Part shown: piece by piece, positions 11,951 to 24,562 of the stretch
Numbering within the stretch: the first letter of the stretch is position 1
How the letters are laid out: each line of letters starts with the position of its first letter
Assembly (NCBI GenBank): GCA_002633005.1
Contig: NMRA01000628.1
Span: 166,359 to 230,358 of the forward strand
Direction of reading: 5' to 3'
Origin: Phoronis australis
Lineage: Eukaryota; Animalia; Phoronida
DNA length: 64,000 nucleotides
Notes under the pieces: generated by a model
What the model was told of the DNA's origin: nothing
The model's input: the letters and a program-made list of their open reading frames with translations, nothing else
Databases searched by the model: none
Position numbers and translations under genes: made by a program

Positions 11951-14227
11951 ATTGTATAACATGCATCTGTCTTGGTCCTAGGTAGTGCACCGGCCCCCTA
12001 TTTAGATTCGAGGTGATCTATTTTTTCTCGCGGGCCGTTTTTCGCGGACGCGGAGGGGGGTGCCCAGTTTCGTACTGGCCTTGGTGACGTCAGCCCGTCG
12101 ACTCAACGGCCTGGGTGACGTCAGTCCGTCGGCTTAATTCACTCCTTCCGGCTTCCGTCACGTATATATTTCTTCGGGCCTGTCGCCGCCAAAGTTAATG
12201 GTGTAATCAAAAACTAATCTTTTCCTTGAGTAAACATAATTATTTACCGATGTTGGAAAATTGGCGGTCAACCGTTATTTTGCTGCTAACATTGGGTAGG
12301 CTTTCGGCGCCATTGCGTCACCTATTGGCCAATTTTCTAGATTCTTCAATGAACAGGGTTCTTCTCTTTCACGAGGCTACTACAGGTCATAAAACTCGGA
12401 ACTGGTTTAATTCCGTTTCAAGTTTTTAGCATTTCAATGCCAGCGAAGCTGTTATCAAATCCGAGAAATATCGCAAAATTTCAGCGCATTGATTTCAAAG
12501 CCACGACAGGGCTTTCTTTGGCGGAGAATTGCGCAAAATTGAGTTTATTAGCTTGTTTTTCCACTTAAGAACGGCTGCAACAGGCAAGTTGAGTGTCGGT
12601 TGATTCCCATAGGTTCTGCATACACCCTCGCCGGTCGTTAGCTCTACATGTTGTTATACATGTAAGTTTCACGACGAGGTGACGAGCTGAGCTAAACGGG
12701 TTGTGTGAAGTTTTGGTGTCTAATGGAGCTGAAGACACAGCTACCTAGCTGCGAGTTGACAATAGTCTTTATACACCTAGCTGGCTTTCTACCTTAATTA
12801 GTATTTACGATATGACGATTGTAAATCGCATTCTATACATGTATTTTGTGTGCAACGACAGTATATTTCAATTAGTTTTCACTTTAAAGAATAGCTTATT
12901 ACTGTACATTATGTTACGGCAAGGTCAAAAGTTCTGGAAAGAAAAAATATTTTTGCTGCCTGGGGAATTAATTCCGCAGCCGCACACCCTGCCTAAATCT
13001 GACAGAGATTCTGGTTGAAGCTTTAAAGTAAAACGGTCTCTTCCAGAAATATCCCTGTCTCTTGCGATGAACACTAATGTTTTCTTGAAGGTGTACATTA
13101 GTTATTTCCCACTCTAGGTATTTCCCACGTACTACAGTAGCTGCTAGTTTCATGATAAACATGCAAAAAAGCAGCGCAAGAATAATTATTCACAGAGAGA
13201 GAGAGAGTGACATCTGGCGCTACAACTACATCTACACTGTTACAGCGTTTACTTTTGAGGCGGGAAACAAGAGTATTCGTTGGCGTAAGTCGGAATAACA
13301 CGACGTGACAGTCTGCAGTAACACGCAGCAAATTTGTACATGTAGTCAAATTTTCAACTCATCACACTGTTCAGTCTACGGCAACATGCAAAATTCATTT
13401 CCAGTTCCATAAAATCATTTTTGAACATGAAGAACGCCGCTTTTAAGGCTGTACTTCGAATTACGCCTTTCTCTCACAAAAAACAGTCTCTTTCCTTACC
13501 GTGATGACACCCAATTCCTTAACCAACTCAAGTTCCAGGAAACGCGCACACATGTACATGTAAGTCCCATATTCGAATTCGCCATTTTAATTTTGGCAAA
13601 CTCCAATACAGTCTGGAGCGTTTTCCTGGGTCGATGATGGCTTAGGTGGTTTTGATGTTAACGGAAAGAGGGCCGGTGGTACAGTATTTTTAGGTGAGTG
13701 AGCGTGAGTTTCAACATGATTCGGGCAGGAGACCACAACCAACTATGATGTTGACTTTATTCAATCGTGAAAGAATATTGTTAACAGAGTGACAAAATTA
13801 CGGACATACATTTACGCAAGACAGCATCGCGGTTTGAAAAATAAATTAAAATGTTATGCATGCACGCACCCAGCGGGTCTCGGGGACTCGAACAAGCCCC
13901 CGTCATTTGGCGAATTGGTTAAAAGGTCCGCCTCAGAGAAACAAAATGTCCGAGAAAGCGAGACAAAAGTCCACTAAAAAAACGCAGACGCACAGTTCAC
14001 AGACCTGAAGTTGGTGCCTCGTTTTTTTTTCTTTTAGTCCTCCCACTTTTTTGTTATCAAAAGGTCCACTTTGTCATAGAATCGAGCCCACCATATATAG
14101 GCTGGGTGCGCGCATGTTATGAGGATCAGGTTGGTAGAAAAATCAGTACATCACGAGTTGCACGTGCAAGCATGATTCATTGGTGCTTAACCCTTGTCCT
14201 GCGCTAAGCGAGGTCAGCCGACAAGCC

Positions 14228-15406
14228 AATAGGCCTTTTGCGAGTTTATAACAATAACGCGAGATTATGTGAGACTTAACTGTGACGTCACGGGAAGTGG
14301 GGCAAAAGCTTGTCGTTTGGTCATTTGCCCAATACGGTAGCAGAGTGTATTCTGTTATTGTCTTCGAGTTTTTAGCCGTTTAGTTCGAAAAATGTCCAAA
14401 AGCATTGCTGTTATGGCAAATGAACTTCAGATTCGCACTACAATACGTTCTATCGCGTTCTGTACTAATTTCGTCCCGTGTATTTTAAACGGGCGGTAGG
14501 CGAAATCCGCTCACTGGTAAAGTTTTCACCTCGTCGAAAATACATTCTACACCTAAAATTAGCACCTAAAAGGCTCTTACTTTCTTCAGTGACTCTTTCT
14601 GCTTCTAAACATATCTTCGATGAAGCATATATACGGGAATTCAGGTGACTTAGGCGAAGAATTCCAACTCCACTTTGTGGTTACTGTTAACTTTGTCCGC
14701 GCGCGCGATTACCACAATCAAGTATTTCAACTGAGTCAGGTGAGTATGAGGCAAAGGCTAGCGCGAGACTGAGCGAAGCGCGAGATCTGGCGCGTGACCT
14801 GGCGCGTGACACTTGCAAAATAGCATGAGAAAATATCAAGTGAAATTTGTAAGATTTGTGTCCCTTGGACTTTTTGTTCGTCAACAGGCGTGATTTCACG
14901 TAACTTCTTCAAAATGGCGGCTCTTTAGTGAGAGAAACTCGAGAGAATCGCGAGGTTTTCATGAATATGCTCAAGTTATTTGTAGACTAAATTGTGTCCA
15001 GAGTCAGGGTATGTGTTAATTATAACTTCATGTGCACATATGCATGTTTCATTTGATTTTATTTGCTGTATTTTGAAGTGAATATCTTTTTATGGGGATA
15101 CACTATCGCCCCTGTATGCCTGCGCCATTCAGGCCTAGAGCGGGTTAAGTTCCAATTTCAGTCCGTTCACAGCTTCGCACAACATAACAAGGTCACATTT
15201 TCTTCGTCTATTCACAGTTATTCCACGACCCATCTACCATATCTTAAGTTGTTTTAACGTTTTAAGCGTAAAATTCACCATAAGAACTCCAGTAAGTTTT
15301 AGCGTGTGTAGCAAAGACTCGGGGCAAAACAAGAGCAATATGGCGGGTTTTGCCCCTTTTCCGGTAACGTCACAGTGACTAGCGAGAAACTCGCAAGTGA
15401 GCTATT
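14228..15406. mobile_element. Non-autonomous ISL2EU/Harbinger-type element
   Basis: TIRs aataggccttttgcgagttt / aaactcgcaagtgagctatt and subterminal IR gtgacgtcacgggaagtggggcaaaa / ttttgccccttttccggtaacgtcac. Plus-strand THAP start KHCCYGK*TSDSHY near 14400. Minus-strand SAP-like GITVNRRRKCDLVMLCEAVNGLKLE at 15224-15150. Confidence 0.7.
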
Positions 15407-17521
15407 ATCCTATTACAATGCGTTGGGTGTACTCAATCGACTATGATAAGCTACAGGTGTGCTGCGCTAGGAGAGTGCACTCACCACAGGACACTTGTGA
15501 GTTACGTGTGGCACTATTTCACAAAACATACTATTTAAACATATGGTATGCACAAAAAGCGAGATGTGTGACAAATAGTTGTTCTTTTCTATTCAAAATT
15601 GACAAGTGTATATGTGGTGCATCATTTTGCCATCCTACCGGGTGTCAGTTGATCGGTTAGTTGGTTATTCGGTTATCGGTTATTCGCTCCAGATCTTAAA
15701 AACATTGTCGGGGTTCTGATAAAACTTGGTACAAGGACGTAGGGCATCACAGGAGTATTGCAAGGTCTCGAGGGAAGAACGCTTTAGGATTCGACCTCTG
15801 CAGCGTCCCCTCCTGGCTATTATGTTCTCGACTAGGTATTCAGTACTTTTGAGGGGGAAAGGACTTTCGGATATTGTCTCGCGAACTCGTTGATGAATGG
15901 ATTTTGATAAAACTTAACTTAGAAATGCGCCGGCACTGATAACTTTTTTGTGCCTGATTGACGAATTTGGTAAACCCTATTGGCTATTTTGATTACGACA
16001 AAGAACATACTCAGAACTTTTCGAGGAAGTGGGTTTGCGGATTTAGCCTAGATAATTGATCAAAGGATTTGAGTGAGAAATGACAAAGAGGTACGTGTCG
16101 CTAATGTGTCGGAAAACCTTCATTTTCAAGTTTTTGTTCTGTATTTTAGCGGTAGGGCATAGAAAGATGGGATTGATACAGAGATGCCAAAGTACACGTT
16201 GCTCTTCGGGTGAGTGGACTATGTAATCCTCTCCTTGTGGTTATTTTGCACTTGACATAGGGCTTTTCAATTCTTTTCAGAGAATGTTGTTACCCAATGT
16301 CTATATAACCAGTTAGTGAAATGTGAAACAAATGTACAATTATGTTCCGGTAATTATTTTTACGAAAATATGAATACCGCAGCATCTCCTAGTGCTCATC
16401 TTGTTCATAATGTTGTATGTGAGTTCAAATACTTGTAGCTTGAAGGTGAGATATGTGTTTCGAAATGTGGTTTTGTAAATTACTGTACGTTACCAACTGA
16501 TGTCGATTGGATTTTTATTGCACTGTTGTGATGTAAGCACAAGATCTCTATGCAGAGAGTTTGAAAGAACTGAAATTAAACTCGTAAAAACAGAACAAAT
16601 TCGTGTCTTCAATGAAATATATACATGTATGTATGTATATACACTGATGTCGAATTGCAAGTTAATTATATATTTCATGATGAAGACAACACTTCAATTC
16701 ATAGGTACATGTACCATTAGCTCTCTTATTAAAGTCATGTCTTAATTACAAATCGTCTCTTGAATGCAAATCATAAAACATGTCATCAAATACAAACCCG
16801 ACTATTACACGCTGTCGTAAAAATAATTTGCACGCTTACAGATGTCGCGCATGCCGGCCGTCAGCAACGTAAAATGAGTACTAAGAAGTAATCATATTTG
16901 ACGTGTTTTATCAACCCTCCCAAAATCGGGTAATACGAGGTAACGTTTTCAAAATGCCGTCGCCTTTTTGCTATTGATACTCAACGGAAGGTAATCGGTA
17001 AACTACAATGTTAACATTAGTTTTATGGTTCTTTTTGAACGCAAAACAGCTGCTACCACACAATTTGTTTAAAACATGCCTAGTCACTCAGTATTTTTGT
17101 CGTGACAGATAATTTGTTGAAAAGCACTGTCCTGTAGGCACGACATGACACCATTGTGGTCAGACAATCTATGAAATCAAGGGACTCAATCTCCTTTATA
17201 GCTTAAACAGAGAGGGTAATTAAAATGCTGCAATCGTGATCTCGAGCATGTTGTAGTATCCATCAACTCGGAGTTGTCAATGACGAGGGATCATCTAACG
17301 TTCCTGTTTTGAGGACCTGGCAATCAACGACTTACACTCTTCCGCATAAGAATGGCTCTAAATACCCCTCGAGGGTATACATAAGCTCGATCCCATCTGA
17401 ACTTGGAAGTGTTCGTCTCGTCTGCTCTTCAGTGAATGGCTGATTCAAGCTTTTTTGGGAGAATGCGAGGAACTGACGAATATGTGATTTCTTAAGAAAA
17501 TGCACAAAATGTACCCAGAGA

Positions 17522-17602
17522 GGCGTACATGAAGTACAGTAATATCCCACGAGACATTATTCCGCGGAATAATGTCGAGTGGAATATTACTTCGTGTACG
17601 CC
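17522..17602. repeat. 80-bp palindrome; half copy near 11570-11608
   Basis: ggcgtacatgaagta..gacattattccgcggaataatgtc..tacttcgtgtacgcc. Confidence 0.8.
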
Positions 17603-17706
17603 AATCGAGATACGTTTTGTAATTATCCCATAAGATTCGAATTCCTAAATTTCTTTCCTTTTTGGAAGATTTTTTAAATACTTCACTCAGACTGTTCAGT
17701 AGGCTC

Positions 17707-18229
17707 ATCACATCCTATATGTATGTGCTTGCGCGGTAGGTTGCAAGTTCCTGTAGTAAAAGAAACAGTTTTAAGTGTAACGATTTATTACTTGGAAAGA
17801 GATAACAAAGATGAAAACAATGGTAACTGTGCATTGAAGTTGTAACATCTCCGGAAAATAGTAAAATAACAACAATATTTGATACTCAGCAGTTACAGAG
17901 GAATCGGTACCGGAGTTGCAGACGATATAATATTTAGCAAGTGAAAACGGAGACAGAAGTCTAATGTAATTAACAGTTTTATACCAGATGGTACGTTTAG
18001 AGCCTGATTGCATGTCGAGAATTATTTATACTGCCGCAACTGTATTACGTTAAACTATTTTTGAAATTTTTGATGATCGAACGGGCCAAAGACGTCTAGT
18101 CGACATTGACCTACATTTTGAACTTTCCATGTCCGAGGCCACTGTTGAAGTATAGTGAGGGAGATGAATACGGGAAACATTATTACATGGCCGTATTGCA
18201 CTCGACAGATTCAATGCGTATTGGATAAA
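17707..18229 (-). repeat. Inverted copy of the 526-1049 repeat
   Basis: Reverse-complement colinearity across the whole length. Confidence 0.85.
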
Positions 18230-19740
18230 TACAGTAAATTAAAAGAGTATCTCAACGTAAACGAGTATACGACAGGGAACAAATAATAAAACTGGGAAAT
18301 TATGTCCACTCACGTTCACTTACACTCGCCCTAAGTTCAGCAGAACGGGGTCAGTGGTAGTCACTCGTGGAACTATTTCTGTGACAACGATAGCACGCTC
18401 ACAATTTGGTATTTCGGATCATCTTCCTAAGGCACTTCCTGTTTTTAAGCACCAGAACTGAGCCAGAGCAGATTCGCGTGTAGGCAAGTCTTATGGGAAA
18501 GCCAGTCAGTGACGTATTATGATTATGAAAAGTGTGAAGAGCGCAAAGATACGTCTATTGGCACGGGTCGTGGGTCGAGAGGGTTGTGGGTCATGAGTCA
18601 GGGCGGTTGTCAGTAGAGGGGTCATGGGTCGAGGTGGTCGTTGGGTTTTAGATCAAATCCCAGTAAAATCAGCTTATTTGCAAACGATATTGTATTGGAC
18701 TCGATATTTTATACATATAGGTGGTGCCAATAAAAAATGTCACTCTTTTATACTTTTGAACAGATTGAGAGAAGAAGCATTGTGGTGTGCATGGAGACGT
18801 TCTTGTGGTTTACCTGGGTGGCGTTCCTTAGACAAAGTTTCTTCCAAAGAAAGGGAAACTACCCAAGACATTACGAAAATCTCTTCTTGGTCTCAAATCC
18901 AGGCGACAACGGTTTCCATACCGAAGCTAAATCGAGTTACATTTGCCCATTGTTCGGCGTTCCTGCCGTTATGCCCAGCATCACGCCTCGTATTCCAACC
19001 TTCTACTATACACGTAGTTTAAAAGAATTACTACATGCAATGGCAGTGTCTTCACCATAAGGTACCGGAGAAATGAAAACCATTCTGGCTATTTTTTCAT
19101 CATTTTTTCTGGTAAAATGTTCCTAACTTAACATTATACGTGGCTTTGAAACAGTTAGTAAAACCACCAGTTTGAGTCCGCACTACATAAAATTTTCTAC
19201 CTAGTGTTTTTTTCAGTTTGCCGAGAAGCCATTGCCAATGCGTAGAGGCTCTCGAGAACAGTCTCTTGACGAACAATAACAGTTAAATCTAACTTCGCAC
19301 AAAATCAAACGTCGAGTACACTAGCAAAAACGATGGTTAGTGGAGTCATTGGTCGGTGATGACGTAATGTCGAATTCTTTACTTGAACTCACAAACCATA
19401 GAATATGATTCAGAATGTCCGTTCCAAAGATGAACATATTTCGCCGTACGTTCACGGCTAATGTATTGTGCCTACTGAAATTGTCATAACGGTCCTAATT
19501 GTCACGCCAACGTAAGTTGCGTCAGTTGGATATTCATGCTATGGTGATGGAATGTTTCATCTAAAACACACCCTGCAGCATTACACAACTTCCCATACGA
19601 CAGTAACAAAACTACTGGATACACTGTAAGAGGTTAACATCATGAATCTATATTTCATTTTGCGCTCCGGAGACGCCACCATCAGGACAGAGATGTTTTG
19701 GTTTTACCGTAAAACCTGGTAAATGAGCGCACAGTATGAC

Positions 19741-20882
19741 CACAGGCGCTTGGGTTTATCTGTTCCTCGATCGCAAATGACGTCACTCAATAATATATAT
19801 AAGAAAATATAAAGGTTGGACACTCGAAATCTGTTTGCTCAGAATTTTCTACTCAAATGTGCATGGAACTCCACGAAACTAATATCGGACAACTCTTAGA
19901 ATACTTTCTTTGATTTGATCTCTTCAAATTGCCTTCGAGTGGTGATTTGGCGACAAAAATGCCAAAAGAATGCCAAAATCACAAATTCAAGGAAGCGATT
20001 CCGTGATGTCATGGCAGACGGTCTTCACACATCCGGGTTTTTGACGGACGCTCCCGAGCTAAAACCGAAAGTCTAATTTCGCGCGGCTTTCATCGTCAAC
20101 CCCTCGACTACTTGATCATGAGAAGCAGAGAGCACTTTATTGCCAAATAAATGTAATTACTCACATATTTGTGTCAAATATAAATTATCCTGATACTGTA
20201 TTGATATGCGAAGTTTTTTGTGTACTGTGATTTCTTATGAAGGTTTTACTTTTGGCCAAAACCATTGAGTCGGCCACGCGCATTGTAACACTTGCACGGA
20301 CTGCGTTTCCTGGCCGAGTGTGTGTTGTGCTTCAAACAAAAAAGTGCGTGATATCAAGATGAGAAACAAGATACGCCAGTTTATATAGTAAAATTCTAAG
20401 TTAAGGGCTAAAATGGGCCGTAGGTGGAATAAAGTTACAAATAATCATTAAGATACTACCTTTAACATTCTCAATTAGTTGAGTTTTGGATTAGAATTAT
20501 TGAATTTGAAATATAGGTTGCTTGCTCAAACTCGAAGTTTCACCTACGACAGGCGTACAAGTTGAAGCACAACTGAAATCCGCCAAGTTTACTATTTCAG
20601 GTCCATGAATTCAGAGTTTTGAGATTGTTTTGGAAATTCCATCGCCAATTCACCACTCACGAAGACAGTTAATAGGATCTAGGAAAGATAAGGCTTCGAA
20701 GGTTTATGCAACTCCAGACTAAGGGAGGTGCACGCAGATTTTATTTGGATTTTGGACGGTTCAAGTTGGGAGCCTCGGCTTGGCAAAGTTTAAGCGTCCA
20801 ACCTTTATGTTTTCTTATATGTATTATTGAGTGACGTCACGGTCATTTGCGATCGAGGAACAGATAAACCCAAGCGCCTGTG
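19741..20882. mobile_element. Non-autonomous P- or hAT-type DNA transposon with 8-bp TSD
   Basis: About 80-bp TIRs cacaggcgcttgggtttatctgttcctcgatcgcaaatgac... Perfect TSD agtatgac at 19733-19740 and 20883-20890. CA...TG termini. Confidence 0.92.
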
Positions 20883-21239
20883 AGTATGACTAATTATTGA
20901 GGTGCTCCAAAATGTGGATCGATTAAATATAAAAATCTTGCGAGAAAGAAGTATTACTGAGCATGCGCGTTCAACGAGTCACGCATTCAAAGATAAGGCG
21001 CATGCACCCTTGTGCGGATGATATCAGCAAAGAAACATTGCAAAAAAGACGCAATATTTCGGATATAGTATCTCACTTATTTTTGGGGTTAAATGTAACC
21101 CTTTGTTTAAAGTATACAACTAATCCCATTTAAGCTTTCCTCGGGCGTTTAATACTTCCAACCGGTCATGCGCCCAATTGATCTATCGCAAGCTCCGCCC
21201 CCTTGCGAAAAGTTACGTGACATCCGACAAACAAACAAG

Positions 21240-21508
21240 ATGTCAAAGGCAAATACACTGTCGCTAAAGAACATTCCTGGTAGAATCTAAGTGTTTTGTG
21301 CACTTTCCGAAAACGCTTTGACAAAGAAACCAGGCGACGCTTTTCAACAGAGAATAGTACGTTCATGATGTGGCAATTTGTGAAGGTGACGATGAAAAAA
21401 TAAGTGTTCCAGGAAAAGTATTTCGGAGCCAGCGAAAATCCGAAGAACCCCACACCTTCAACTGAAAACTGACAAGGCCACTGATGCGATGTGTTCATGT
21501 AAAGCTGG
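21240..21508 (+). pseudogene. SWIM zinc-finger exon relic (ISL2EU accessory SWIM/YqaJ-type gene)
   Basis: Frameshifted RFSTEN/YVHDVAICEGDDEKISVPGKVFRSQRKSEEPHTF/..TDAMCSCKAG, ending at donor gg|gtatgt. Confidence 0.75.
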
Positions 21509-22665
21509 GTATGTACATTTGAATCGAATTATCTGTTCGATACCATGGAGTTCAGGATATTTCGAACAAAATCAGTGAAGATTCGTCAATTTTTTTATTC
21601 TGCCATCTTCTAGATTCCGCCACAAATCATAGGATTCCCCGAGTAAAGTAGGTCGAGTCGATAGCACTGTTTAATATATTTTCCCAATCTTCAAGCGAAA
21701 TATTTTGATTACGAAAATCAGGATCATAGCTAAGGCACACACTTATTGGGGACAAATAAAACAACAAGAATAATACATATTTTAAGTTGTATTGGTAACT
21801 TCAAGGTTACAGCTCTACAAATGAATATTTCACAGATAAGAGATAACACGCACTTTTACGATACCCAATGTGTGATTGAGTGTCAGATACTAACTGGCAC
21901 AGGTTAGTGTAGTACCAAATGGGTACATAAAACAAAATACATCCATGTAGGTATTGGCCGATTGCCTACCAAGTGGATCGAGCAAATTAAATGAGAGCTA
22001 CCAAATGGGTACAAACTGCCAAATGGGCAAATATCATATTAAGTACCAAGTGGGTACAACAAACAGCAAACTGGGCTGTAACAACCTGCAAAGCAGGTTC
22101 CGGACAAGCTGATTGAGCAGACCAACCGGAGTGAGAAAAAGATATTGTAAGGAACTCAGTATGTACTGAGAGCTGCCACCGGGATGGAGAGAAGCAAGCT
22201 GCAGAGATAGACGCTCGAGTACAGGCCTGGTCGCGTGCCAATGACGACTGTTCTTGCTTGGCGGTAACACGCTCCGGGCTTGAAGGAGGTACCAGCAGTG
22301 ACTGCAAGAACAACAATAACCAACAACAGATTTTGTTCGAAAAAAGGTAGGGAGGGTGGGAAAGTGGTAAATCGGTTGAAATGAGATTTTGTGGAATCCA
22401 GGGTATGGAAGGTGGGGGAGGTATCAATATGTCTAATTGGGAAAACTTACGAGTGAATGTACTGTAGCTTGAGGCTGGGCCAACAGGAAGCTGGAGAGAA
22501 GGAACAAACAGCGCTACCATCGGACTAGGTAGGAACTAACTAGGAGTTGGATATGAAGCATGAAGGGCTGTAGAATGTTATTTGCCCAAATAATAGGATT
22601 TATGTCAGTGTGCCATAAATCTCATTATTGGGGACAAGTGAAACAACAGGAATAATATATATTTT

Positions 22666-24337
22666 AAAATCTTTGAGAAGATCATTGCTCAAAGTATTCT
22701 TACATTTCTCAAACAAAACAACTTGATCTATCATCGTCAATTTGGTTTTATTGCGTGGGAACAGCACCGTGGCACAACTTGTTGAAATAGTACATGAGAT
22801 TCATTTACATTTTGAGAAGGGAGAGAGTGTCAGGTCCATTTTTCTAGATATAGCTTCTGCTTTCGACTGTGTCCCTCACGACCTTCTACTTCACAAACTT
22901 CGATTCTATGGCATTACTGGTAATCTTTTAAACATGATCACCTCATATCTCTCCGAAAGAACATACAGTGTTCGTGTCGATGGCGTACTTTCAACTTTAT
23001 CCCCTCCTGGATTTGTAAACGCAGGTGTACCGCAGGGTAGCGTATTGGGCCCTCTTCTCTTCTTGGTTTATATTAATGACCTTCCTGATAACCTGTCATG
23101 TAGCACATACCTTTATGCAGATGACACGGCGCTTTTTTACCCCTTCGCAGGGAGCAGCCCTGAATGTTCTTTGCAGCTTCAACACGACTTAAATAAACTA
23201 AGCTATTGGTCACAAGAATGGAGAATGAATTTTAAACCAGAAAAAAGCGTTGACCTTACCTTCTCCAAATCTATTAATGCTCTCTTCCTTGTTGACCCGT
23301 CTTATGACCTTAAACTTAATGATGAAATCATTCCTAGAAAACAGTCGCACAGACATCTGGGTATACTGTTAGATGAAAAACTCTCATTCACCCCTCACGT
23401 TCGGGAGCTCGTACAAAAAACTCAGGAACTAATTAACCCACTTAAGCTTGTCTCTCGTCATCTGAATTCTACACATTTAGAAGTTTTGTTCAAGTCCTTT
23501 GTACTTCCACACATTGATTATTGTGATATTATATATCAGTCTGCCAATACGGGTGCACTCCAACATTTGGAGAAGTTACAATATCAAGCCGCCTTACTCA
23601 TAACTGGAGCTTACAGGGGATCCAATAGTGTTAAGGTTTTGAATAATCTCAAGTGGCCCAAACTGTCTACTCGACGCAATCTTCACATGACCACATTTAC
23701 GTTCAAGGTAATAAACAATGTCAACAACGTGTCTGTCAAAAAAATATTTGATCTATATATTAGACAAGGCCATCGTAGTGATTTGAGATTCTCCACCCCA
23801 TATGCAATTCCTCCGTCGTTCAGTCAGGCATTCAGAAGGTCTACAGTCATGATGTGCATCAACAACTGGAATTCTCTTCCAGTCTCTGTTAAGGAAAGCA
23901 ACTCTTTTACGAGTATAAAAAATAATTTTAGAACTGTTTTTCATAATTTTGATAACTCAACACCCTTGACTCAATTCTCCCTTACCCGCGATAACGAAAT
24001 AGCATTGTACAGATCAAGATGTGGCCTTTTCCTCAACTCTGACAAGTTCAGGCACAACTTTAGTAATGTATCTCCAAACTGTAAATGTGGTGACCATCAA
24101 TCTTATCCTCATATTTTCTTCAAATGTCCCCTCATCGAATCCCTGAGAGACTCACTCTTTCGTGCACTCAATGATAACCAATCAATTGTTAACGCTCTCA
24201 ATTCTTGTAATAACATCCCTACTAGAGTTACATTGTTACTGAATGGTAGTCCTAACCTTGACTTTGTTCTCAACGAATTCCTCCTAAGCAACGTTAGCAA
24301 ATTTTTATGTACCGTTTATCAATATTGTTGCATCTGA
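22666..24337 (+). pseudogene. LINE ORF2 reverse transcriptase fragment
   Basis: KIFEKII..YHRQFGF, a 1-nt frameshift near 22750, then RGNST..IFLDIASAFDCVPH..GVPQGSVLGPLLFLVYINDL..YADDT..HLGILLD and C-terminal CKCG..HIFFKCP. No endonuclease domain. Confidence 0.9.
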
Positions 24338-24562
24338 TTTCCCTACATGAATCTGTAAATATTTTTGTTTTTATATATCTGTAATAGCATGTCTAAGTAT
24401 TGGAATACTTATTTTAGATACTACTTAATAGTATATACCTCTATGTATATAAGTTTCTTTTATGAATTGTTTACAACCCAGATATAATGCTTCGCGGTTT
24501 CTGGGTTTGTTATTATTTCTTTGTATATTCTGTGTATCCTTCAATAAATATATATCACAGTG
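22668..24562 (+). mobile_element. 5'-truncated non-LTR retrotransposon (CR1/L2 group) with 14-bp TSD
   Basis: aatatatattttaa is duplicated at 22654-22667 and 24563-24576. RT ORF, 3' UTR with stem-loop acccaga...tctgggt (about 24476-24507), and AATAAA at 24543. Confidence 0.93.

Noticed and set aside
526-18229. Polinton/Maverick interpretation of the long inverted repeats
   Set aside because: No pPolB, integrase, ATPase or capsid ORFs, no AG..CT termini with 6-bp TSD, and the arms are diverged.
21987-22520. 177-aa minus-strand ORF
   Set aside because: Lies in the tandem duplication, is partly deleted in copy 2, and has no recognisable domain.
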